From Octopus vulgaris (taxonomy: Eukaryota), in the NCBI GenBank assembly GCA_951406725.2, contig OX597826.1, positions 64,666,001-64,730,000 on the forward strand: 64,000 nt of DNA. The letters run 5' to 3'. The notes under the pieces were generated by a model. That model was not told the DNA's origin, made no database searches, and saw nothing but the letters and a program-made list of their open reading frames with translations. Position 1 is the stretch's first letter; each line of letters begins with the position of its first letter. Of the stretch, positions 13,961 to 26,100 are shown piece by piece. A program made the position numbers and the translations under genes.

Positions 13961-14621
13961 AAGTAAGGTTGTGCTGGTACAGGTACTTTATTGTATCAAC
14001 ACCAAAAGAACGAAAGGCAAAATTGACCTTAGAACGTAAAGCTTCTCGCATGCGACAATTGATGTTTTCCGCCCATGCAAGTCCGTATAAAGAGTGGATT
14101 TGTGATTCATGTGTTAGTTTGATAAATGCACCGTTCGAACCTCTCAGATTTTGAAACACATATGTAATCTAAGAGCCAAATATAAAAATATATTTAGTCA
14201 TATGTAGTTGTCCAACCAAATGCTGGTTGTTGAAAATGAATGAAAAGATGGGTAAGACACAAGTAGTTTTCAAAATTTTCCCTTTATTCTGTTACTTTCA
14301 GATTTTTCATTATAATCCATAATTTTCTTATATATAAATTTTCTTTTATTTTTAAGCTAGTTCCCTTGTGTCTTCCTCTTGCTGTTTCTACGTACATTTT
14401 TGCTTTCTAAAAGCAGTTATCTTTTGATATAATGATGCTTTTTTTTTGTTATCTACGTATAAAGACACTTGATTTCTAATACATATTTATGGTATAACAA
14501 AGCATGAAAAAAACTGTATTTCTTTAACAAATGATCATCGACTGCACATAAGGCGTTGATATACAATCCGAATTATTAATGTTAGTTATACTATGTGGGA
14601 TTTTCTATGAATCATTCCTCT

Positions 14622-15564
14622 CTATTGGCTTTCTGTCCCTCCTAATTTTTTCTGATGATTTTCTTTAAGTTGTCGTCGAGCCTCGTCAATAATTGTTATG
14701 AGCGACAGCGTATCAGAATGGGTGTGAGCGGGGCATTCAAGTTCACCTTTAAAAAAAAAAGAAAGCGAAAAAAGATTAGAAAAATATTGCAACGGATTTT
14801 TTTTTTTTTTTCATTTTTCTTGCCTATGTGTACAAATTCTGTGCTGATACATACAAAGGCGCAAAACACACACAATTATATTCGGTGGGGTCCTACACAT
14901 GCTGAATCGAAAAACATTGATTAAGAGGTATTATTCAAGGAATTATTCAACAAATATGCTTTCTAGGAGGTGTTTAAACTCTACACATAAAAAGACAATT
15001 CCAATTAAGTCATTTGACTAAACTTTTCGTGGATAGTAAAAGAGGGAACAGCTGTAAGTTTCGATTCTTATTGGAATCGTCATCAGCAATCGTAAACTGT
15101 CCTTAATAATCCTCGGGACGTTGATTTAAAATAAGCCCACTAGTCAATAATTTTAGGGCTTATGGTAAATAGGTTACACTAATTTCCACGTTTTTCTTGG
15201 CAACGAGATCGAATATTGCTTAGCTAGTGTGTGAATGTTTCGTTTTACAACTATTCTTTATATTACTATGCAAAAAAGTCCGTGTCCGTTACTTGGGTTT
15301 CAGTTTACTCATTCACTCTGTATCAATTTCTATTGCATAATATAATTTGTAAGAAGATACACATACATACACAGATGATGTGTTGGAACAGCTGTATAGT
15401 AAATATTTCCTGTAGATCAACGGTGAGATTGAATGCAACGTGGAATGTGAGCGGCAGGTTTAGACTCGGTCATTAATCACCGAAATTAATTACTGCTCCA
15501 CGTGTTACCATCTGTGCTACCCTTACATACCCATTAATAATACTACAATAAGATGTGTTAATGC

Positions 15565-15631
<67 letters not shown>

Positions 15632-16207
15632 TCATAATAATAAATGACCTGATATAGTACCAGGCAGTTGCGCCCATGGCTTCTTATCTTAACTGATTGG
15701 AAGTGTGATCATGTACATCGTTTGTCTTGGTATAAAATATGCGCTACAGCAAATATTCTGCTCAATACCACAGATTTATCAGTTGTTTGACCTTAACCAG
15801 CTGTTTGACTTTGTCAGTTGAGTATGTCCCTTAGTGGCTGACGATATGTGCATCTCTGATCACGAGTAGAAGTAGTGGGGGAGCATCATAGCCACGTGTT
15901 GAGAGGAAATCTTTGGGGTTTGGAAAATTCACCTTTGGAAACGTGGGTATGTCGTTCAGCGTCCTCAAACAACCCTTATTCAGGGATCTCCTGAGCGGGA
16001 TGGGCTACTCAACCAGAAGAAAATTCCTACTGAGCCCTACCTGCGAGGTCACTCGATGTTTATTTTGATATGAGATCAGCGTGTCGCGCATATATGGTTG
16101 TGATGCATGTGCCTGGTGTACGCTTATCAGATGGGTAGTCATGATGGGCTTCGTAAATTTTACCCCAGTGTCACTTTGATGGTACGCACTGCTCTCTCAC
16201 TCGATAA

Positions 16208-16281
<74 letters not shown>

Positions 16282-16484
16282 ACAACATCAATAATAATAA
16301 TAATAATAATAGTAATAATTTTGCCACAAGGGCAGCAATTTTGTGGGGGTGATGAGTCGATTACATTGATCCCAGTATTCAACTGGTACTTATTTTATCG
16401 AGTCCCAAACGATGAAAAACAAAGTCGATCTCGGCAGAATTAGTAATAATAATAATAATGATAATAATAATAATAGTAATAATA

Positions 16485-16545
<61 letters not shown>

Positions 16546-17128
16546 GGATGAGGATGATGATGATGGTGAATTCTTTTATTTCCCACCAATGCGAAGGCTG
16601 AGAACAATAATGCAAAGATAGACAAATTGTTGGGATTTATATACAATGAAATGATAAAGAAAAAAGGAGTAATTAAACACGATATACACAGTATACAAAG
16701 GTAAAAAATTAAAAAAAAAGAGACGATAGTGATGTAAGTCCTCCTGATATAGGAGGGCTTCTAGGGATAATCGAGGAACTCTACCGCTTAAGATCTCCCT
16801 TAACACGCAAATATCTGCAAGATCATCAGGATAGATATACTGATGATCTTGCAGACATTTGCGTGTTCATGTACGTAAATATTAACAAGTGAAACCAATG
16901 GTACATAGGTAATCGTTTTTTTATATTTCGCATATTTTCATATGTCTTGCTTATTTTTACATTTTGTTTTTTTGCTGAGATTTTTCTTGAGAACACATTC
17001 TTCGTGGTAATGGCGATTTGACGTCTATGTTTAGCATGCAGGGTGTCCACTTTAGTGGTCATTCCTCTAAATTTTGTGTGTGTATATATATATATATGCA
17101 TTAGTTGTAGTAGTGTCAGAAACTTCAC

Positions 17129-17211
<83 letters not shown>

Positions 17212-17212
17212 C

Positions 17213-17259
<47 letters not shown>

Positions 17260-19250
17260 CAGCAGCAGTAGTAGTAGTAGTAGTAGGAGGAGGAGGAGGA
17301 GGTGGAGGAGGAGGAGGAGGAGGTGGAGCCTCAACAATTATCCAGTTATATGATAGTACACTTTTAATAAAAGTGATGGAACACATCAAACTTACCCTTC
17401 TCGAAACATTGGCGTACAGCTTCAGCCTCGTAAGCTAATCCAGCGCTATTGGGGTAATTATACTCAGCATCAGATTTATGGAGTGGAAATTCTCTTTCTT
17501 CTCCATTTATCTCGATTTTGGTAGTGCTCCAAAATGGTGAATGTATCTGTTGAAACAGGAGCATACAGTAAATGCGTCAAAGCAGTTTGCTTTAATTTCT
17601 TGACTATTAATGCTGAATATGTTGGAGTTAGCGCAATAAATTGATGAATAACTTGAATGTTAGATTTAGTACAATAGTTATAAGTCTTTCATTAACAACA
17701 CCTTATCTTTTGAATGTGAACAATGACTACAATAGCAGTTAATTTTAATTCTAAATCAACTCGCCATAAATTTAATTTTAAAATTATTTTTAGATGAAAT
17801 GATTACTTACGTAAATTTTGCCTTGAGTTCCATAAATATATGCGTCACTTTTTTTTGTCACAGTCCTATCATAGGACAAAGAAGCTTTGGCTCCATCCTT
17901 ATAAGTCAAAATAAGATTGGCAGATTGGTCGACACCTTTTCCAAATGAAACAATATCATTTCTTATATTTCGTTTTTACAAAAATGCAGTCATGGCATAC
18001 AAATCACCACATCTAGGAGCATGACAAGGATGAATATTGTCAGCTGTGTTTTTCCCTCGTTTGCATGGTCTATCAATACAAAAGACCTGTATACACCTCA
18101 ATCCTTTGCTATTCTAATTGGGATGCTTAACAAAATCAAGTTTGAGCTACAAACAGAAGGCATGTATGTTGGTGTACCATGAGATGAAGTAGGGTTTTAA
18201 TGTTTTTGTATTCATTTTTAATTTGATTTATGCCTGCACATGGCATCACTAATAAACACTCTGTCTTCTGTAATAAGTTATGAATATATTAATCAGTTTT
18301 ACACTCAACCGAAATATATACATATGCCAAACCGCTTCGTTACACAGTATAAGCAATATCAGTTTTTAAACTAGTAAACATAAACACAGACATAGACACA
18401 CATCACATACACATGGAATGGGTTTCTGTACAGTTTCAGATAAGCAAATTCTCACATCGCTCAAATCAAAGCGATAGACGATAGTTGAAGAGTCCCGTCT
18501 TAAGTGATATGCTTTGTAGTGGAACTGAATCCAGAACTAGATGGTTGCAAAATAAATTTTTGAACCACACAGCCATATCTGAACTTAAGCATGTCACTTA
18601 TGCATAATAGGATATAACATATTTTTATCGAAGTCTTCCTCTGGCTAAAAAACTTAACAATTTATTGTTCAGTCAACTAGAAATTACATCTTATTTCTCC
18701 TCTTTATCAACAACCATTATGCAGCTGTATATGACCCGCTCTCTCTGTCTTTCTCTCTCTCTCTCTTTTCTATTCTTCGTCACTCTATCACCTTACTCCT
18801 CTAATTTTGGTTCTCTTCTATTATCCCTTTTACTTTCACTGTCCTTCCTAATATGGGTCTCTTCCTTTCACGTAGCGTGAGAAAAAAACAACAAGTAAAC
18901 AATAGATGGAAGAAAGGACACTCCTTAGTCTTGAAGAGGTAAGATTTCTCTCTGATGTTAGTGAACAAACGAACTGTAAAAACATGGAGTAAATAGGACC
19001 CTTAAACCTTTCAGAGGCAAAATAATCTCTCCAGAGCCCCTGCTACGAAGAAATCACACGTGCACCCAAAACACTCTGTAAATATTTGGTTTTGGAAGAG
19101 CATCCAGCAATAGAAACCATGCCAGAAATGTAAAATGCGAGAGGGGATAGTCTCAGACTTAAGAAAGCAGTCAGAACAAATAGGATCTGTGTGTAAGAAC
19201 CCATCCATCCTATTCCCACATGGAAAAGTAGATGGAAAAGATGATGATGT

Positions 19251-19331
<81 letters not shown>

Positions 19332-20478
19332 TGATGATGATGCGTTGTGGAATCAATACATGATGGTACCACATGATGGTAGCATCACGTATTGACGCCA
19401 TGATGGTACCACATCACACAAGGACAGCTGTGATCTTGGAGTTGTAATGGAGTCATAATGCAGAGGCAAAACTAAGCACGTTATGTCGGCTCTAACAAAA
19501 TATCCACAAAAGATAAGTTAACTGCTGAAAAAAAAGAAACAATCAAAAGTAAAAAAAAAAAAAACATTGATGACAACGATAAATATATTGTATCAATCAA
19601 TATGGTGCTTCGCCTTACGATTCATATATAATGAGTTGATCGATCATGCCATCAGTTTTGATGATTTCAGGCTGGCTTTCAAACGATTGTTTTCTAGTGT
19701 ATTAGCACTTGGTATGCATCCATATTTGATGTGCAATTCGGTTTTTCTCAAATTGCATGCAGTGCTTAACAAGCAGAGACCGCTATTTAATTTTATCGAC
19801 TGTAAGATGCCATCCGTTTTTAATGTTAATATACAACTACTTAAAGGCAGCGAGCTGGCAGAAACGTTAGCACGCTGGGCGAAATTCTTAGCGGTATTTC
19901 GTCTGTCTTTATGTTCTGAGTTCAAATTTCGCCGAGGTCGGCTTTGCCTTTCGTCCTTTCGGGGTCGATAAATTAAGTACCAGTTGCGTCCTAGGGTCGA
20001 TCTAAGTGACTGGCCCCTCCCCCCAAATTTCAGGCCTTGTGTCTAGAGTAGAAAAGAATACACAACTACTTAGGGTTTTCTTTTGTGACAGCAGGACAGA
20101 GATTTCTTGGTTTGTTCTATTGAAAAGAAAATCTGTATTGCAAAGGATTAAGAAATGATCTCACTCGCACAATCAGTGGCCATATTATACTTCTAAAGAG
20201 GTGGTCTTGTTAATCACTGAATAACAAATGTTGGGATAAGAAAACAAATCTGACACTATTTAGATTTTCACATTTGTTGCCAAACAGCAAGCAGTAAACC
20301 CCAATATCTCTGTTTTTAATCAAACTAATGAAACATTAGTTGATGTAAATTTAATTTTTAATAATGTTCTTATTACACAAATTAATATTCAAAAGTTGGT
20401 TTCAAAAGAGCAGTTATAAAGTCTATTTTAAAAGACATTCCGTTGTACTTAAAATGCTTTTTCTTTCTAGCTAGCTAT

Positions 20479-20562
<84 letters not shown>

Positions 20563-21166
20563 ATTATCTAAAAGGGATATAGACAGTAACTGCTCGATAA
20601 CATAAGGGACTAAAGCCATCTGAATATGGCTAGGGACAGGGCAAAGGGGGTGTTACTGTTGCATTTAGCCCCAGGCGAACATCGACGTCACCAGAAAGGC
20701 TCGACACCGTCACGGTGCCCTAAACCTGCAAAGGGAGGTAATTCCCTTGAAGCGGAAACCACACACGGACAATGGTTTCAAGGTGTACTTGCCTATCATC
20801 GGTATGTTATCGAGCAGTTACTTTGTATATCCCTTTTAGAGAATTATTATTGCTTTTGAACAGATTTTCGAAATCAGCAAATGTATTTTGCTTGAAAATC
20901 TATATAAGAAAATCCTGCATAGTGAGAATTCGTCGAGGAAGCGGAGGCCTACCACACGCCGATGATAGGCAATACACCTTGAAACCATGGTCCGTGTGTG
21001 GTTTCCGCTTCATCGGGGAATTACCTCCCTTTGCAGGTTTAGGGCACCGTGACGGTGTCGAGCCTTTCTGGTGACGTCGATGTTCGCCTGGGGCTAAATG
21101 CAACAGTAACACCCCCACCACCCTGCCCTGTCCCTAGCCATATTCAGATGGCTTTAGTCCCTTATG

Positions 21167-21201
<35 letters not shown>

Positions 21202-21804
21202 ACTGCGTAATAAGGTTCATTAATTAAGACAGCAAAGTGTAATTTGAAGAAGCTCTCATCTTTAGCAAATTGAGCTAATAGTCCTTTTGTTGACTCCAAA
21301 AGTAATTTTTCTTAGTGGAAACCGTCACCGCCTCTTCAACGACTTCCTTATTGAGAAAGAATTGTATTTGTTTGGCAAGGGATTTTATCTGTTATTGTAT
21401 GTTGAAACTAATACATTTACACCATTGTAGGAAATTTATCGTCTGGTCAGAGATAATATATTCTCCACTTTATTTCACGGGTCATGTCAGAATGTATAAC
21501 GAATGTTTCTGATGTTATTGCAATTTTTTTTTTAAAGGTGTAAACATTTTTTCACGCTAAGAGTTGCTGAAGCATGGAACAAACTGCCGGCATCAGTTGT
21601 TAGTTGTCGGAGCACTCCATCCTTCAAAATTTCCATGCTTCTTGAGATTCGCCAAAACTGCACCTGATTTTCTCCCTCCATACACACGCAAGCATGTGTC
21701 TGACTCATACACTCTTCACTTCCCAGACATTTGTACATTACTGCATATGCTTTATACGCACTTTTGACATATTGTGGTGCAGCTGAGCACTGTATACAAT
21801 AATT

Positions 21805-21869
<65 letters not shown>

Positions 21870-23138
21870 GTTCAGTAGTTTTATTTTTATAGCGTGCTTT
21901 CACTTCACTACCGAGCGCAGCTCTGTGTGCCTTGGGTATGTGCTGTGATTTGTTGTGATGCTCTGATGGTTATTGTATGGAAAGTGTTCTGCGTAGGATG
22001 TGTGCAGTACCTAGTAGTGCAATTTTCTGTATGTTATATTTGTTTGTAAGTCCTGGTGTTTTTGTTATGTATTTGTCTGGATATATTTTTTATCATGCCT
22101 AATGCACCTACTATGATAGGAATTGTTTCTGTTTTCAGATTCCACATTCTGGTTACCTCTATTTCAAGGTCTTTGTATTTTGAGAGTTTCTCCATTTCTT
22201 TTAGAGACACGTTGTCATCTGCCGGTATTGATACATCAATTGGAAAGCATTTTTTTCTTCATGATCTCTGACAACTATATCTGGTCTGTTGGCCTTAATT
22301 TCTCTATCTGTGTGTATCGGCATATCCCAGAGTATGGTTGCTTTCTCGTTTTCTGTGACCTTTTCTGATGTGTGCCTATACCATCTTTTTTCTGTTGTTA
22401 TTCCATAATGTTGGCATAGCTTCCAATGTATGTAGGTTCCAACTCTGTCATGTCTGTGAATATATTCCTTCTTAGCCAGGACTGGGCAGCTAGAGATAAT
22501 ATGATTTATTGTTTCTTGTCCATCTCCACATATTCTGCAGTTACTTGTTATATTTCTTTTCATTACATGTTTTTGGTAATTTCTGGTGGGGAGGCTTTGG
22601 TCTTGTGCTGCAATTAAAAATCCCTCTGTTTCTGCTTTGAGTCCTGAGCTTCTCAACCATTGCTGGGATTTTTCTTTGTCTATTTCTTTTGCGTTTAGTT
22701 TAGTCCAGTATTTACCATGAAGGGGCTTTTCTTGCCATCGTTTTATCATGGTTCGTTATTATTATTATTATTATTATGATAGTATCTGCTGATTTAAAAG
22801 GCTACTATAATTCTACTGCAATGCAATTCTTCCGTTATTTAACATTCTCTAAAAATGTATAAACTTTCAGAAGCTACCAATATTTTCTGTGCTATTTTAA
22901 GACTTGTTGTTGTGCTTCGTTTAATTATTAGAATGTATTCATTCTTCAGTGAATGGCTCCTTTAAAGATAATTGGAGTCCAGCATTGGAAACTTCACAGA
23001 GAAAAATTTCTTGGAAATTACTTATATCTGCTAATGACTTGTTAAACTATGCAAATATTGACTTAATCTCCCTTTAATTATATTTCTACAATCTCTCCGC
23101 TTCCAAACACGCTCGCAACCACACACTCTCACACACAC

Positions 23139-23198
<60 letters not shown>

Positions 23199-26100
23199 TC
23201 ACGAACACACACACGATTGTCAATAATTGAGTAAGAAGACAGAATCATAGAGATCAGAACTACGCCAACAAAGTTATCAATATCTTTATCGAAGGTAAAC
23301 AAGCAACATAAAATCTTTATTAATGATATACTTACCGATATCAGTAACCACGCCAGTAGCAGTAATTGTTTCAGGTTTCTGTTTAAATATGAAGTTTGCA
23401 AGCCATATTAAGTATACACCAATATCTATGAGACCGCTCCTGTGCAAGGAAGCCTCTGGCACAGCACCATTTGAAAGCATTATTTTATAAAACATAGTCG
23501 CATCTAAGTGGCGTATTTTTCCTATGGTTCCAGAGTCAATTATTTCTCTAATGGCTTTGTAAACTGGGAAGAATTTGGTCCACATACCCTGAAAGAAAAA
23601 CATTTGTGACAAAAAGAAAAAAAAAAGATAAATAATACTGATTTCAAGATTTGGTACAAGGCCAGCAATTTCGGGGTAGGAGATAAGTCGATTACATCGA
23701 TTCCAGTACTCAACTGGAACTTATGTTATTGGCCCCGGAACGATGAAAGGCAAAGTCGACCTCGGCAGAATTTGAACTTAGAACGTAAGGTCGGACGAAA
23801 TGCTGCGAGGCATTTCGACCGGCGTGCTTCCGATTCTGCCAGCTCGCTGCCTTATAACAAAGAAATAATATCAAAACAGGAAATAAAATTGAGAAGAGAT
23901 GGGAATGAAATAGTTATAAAAAGTTAAGAAGAACGACATTATAAGTATATATTTTAGTCACTTTCCTTTAGGTTATTCTGTGTCATGATTTTCAATATTT
24001 TACCATTATCTTCCGTACCTTTGTATCTATTAAATCCACTGTACAAACTTTCTTTCACTTATCAATGTTTTTTCTAATAAAATACTAAATATATTAATCT
24101 AATTCAGCTCATAGCACGAAGAGTAATTTCATTAGTCCCTTTATTTATTACTTAAGATCCAATTCAGAGTATCACAACTCTACTAAGTCTGAAAAGTGAT
24201 CCTTTAAATATATTTTGTTTTCATTGTTTACATACTCATTCTTATTCTCTACTGCTATCCTTTCTGCACCGATATTTGTAAAATACTAAGGACAATCTTA
24301 GCCCCGCTGCGTAAGGCGGCGAGTTGGCAGAATCGTTAGCACGCCGGATAAAATATTTAATGGCTTTTAACCATCCTTTACGTTCTGAGTTCAAATTTCG
24401 CCGAGGTCAACTTTACCTTTCATCTTTCGGGATCGATAAATTAAGCACGAAGTACCAGTCAAACCCTGGGGGTCGATGTAATCGACTAGCCCCATACTCC
24501 AAAGTTTCAGACCTTGTGCATATTGTAGAAAAGAATATTATCCACTCTGTGTAGTTATCTTTCATATCACTTTCCACTCAATGTCCAACTCTCTCGATAA
24601 ACAAATGTTAGAACATACATCTCATTTTCTTCTTTGGTGTAGAGCTCAGCTCCAAACATCAGAATTTATTTCGCCACTCAATATGACGATATACCAACAT
24701 ACCAAATAAAGAGCCTCTATGTAAAGGGTTCTCAACCCCCCAAAATGCATTTTAGAGTTCCAAGGGAAGGAGGTGAATTGGGACAGATATTGGCTTCACA
24801 TGTTGGCACAAGGCCAGTAATATCGTGGAGGGGGTCAAGTCAATTACATCGACCCCAGTACTCAACTGGTACTTATTTTATCGACCCCAAAAGGATGAAA
24901 GATAATTTCATCTGAATTCTGAATTTGAATTCAGAACGTAAGAAATGCTACTTCGCATGTTGCGCTAATTATTGTACCAATTCGCCTTGGACTAATATTC
25001 AGTAAAGAATAGTATCCTATAGATAACCTATCTTTTTAAGAAACAGAAATAACATCTGATAAGGAAATCTTGATAACAACATCTCTGAAAAAAAAAGCCA
25101 GATTTTTCCCGGCGGGACAGATTTTGACCAAGGATCATCTTGATTAGTGATGATGTAGAGTTAAAGAACATTAGACGACCAAAATGCTTTATTTCAATAT
25201 TAAAAGTCATACCTCCATGAAAAATAATTTCTTTGACTTTGCGAGTTCAATCATTTCTTCTGTCTGCTGAGTGTTATTAGCACAAGTTTGCTCACACAGA
25301 ACAGGTTTGCCATTGTTAAGCATGAGAATGGAAAGAGGATGATGGTAAAAATTGATTGCTGAAACGTACACCAGATCTGTGAGAGAGATGGAATAAAAAG
25401 AATATCTTTTAGCTAAATGATTTATTTATCTAATTCAAATCTAATAAACAGTGATAGCTGTTTCATTTGTTGACCAGGTCTGCACTGTGGATACATATAT
25501 GCATGTCTTTGCTTGCAGAGCTCTGCAGAAACAGAGTCACTTTGTTATCACGAAATCGTGAGTTCTATCTTACTGCACAACACCTTGGGCGGGTTGGTAA
25601 AAGTTTTATGAGTGAAATTTGTGGATGAAAACTGTATGGAAGCCTGACATGTATATAGTGTGTGTATATGTGAATGAGTGTGTTTGTGTGTGTGTTCGTG
25701 AGATATATATATATATATATATAAGGAGAAAGAGTGGGAAAGAGTAATAGAGAGAGTGTATATGTGTTTACCTTCTTCGTTTTACAAGAAAATCATTGAA
25801 ACTAAGACGTTAATGTCTGTTGACATTCCTTCTCAATAAAATCATTCGCAAGTCCTGCACTTTCATCTTTGTTTAAAAGGAAAATATTATTTAGAAAGTA
25901 AACAAATTAAAAAAAAATACATTATCAGATTTAGATTTAAAATATTTCATACCTATGTTGGGATCTTTAGCAAATTCTTCGTAGCTGTCATACACATTCG
26001 GTATCTTAAACTTCTCTGCAAATTTCTTAGCCTTCTCTAAAGATTTGGATACCACCGCAGTTATCTGAATAAAAACAGTAAAATAATTGTAATGTAAAAC

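Noticed and set aside
25285-25293. Idea that A-to-I recoding restores the canonical active-site residues
   Set aside because: CAA to AAA, ACY to CCN and TGT to GAY cannot be produced by A-to-G changes.
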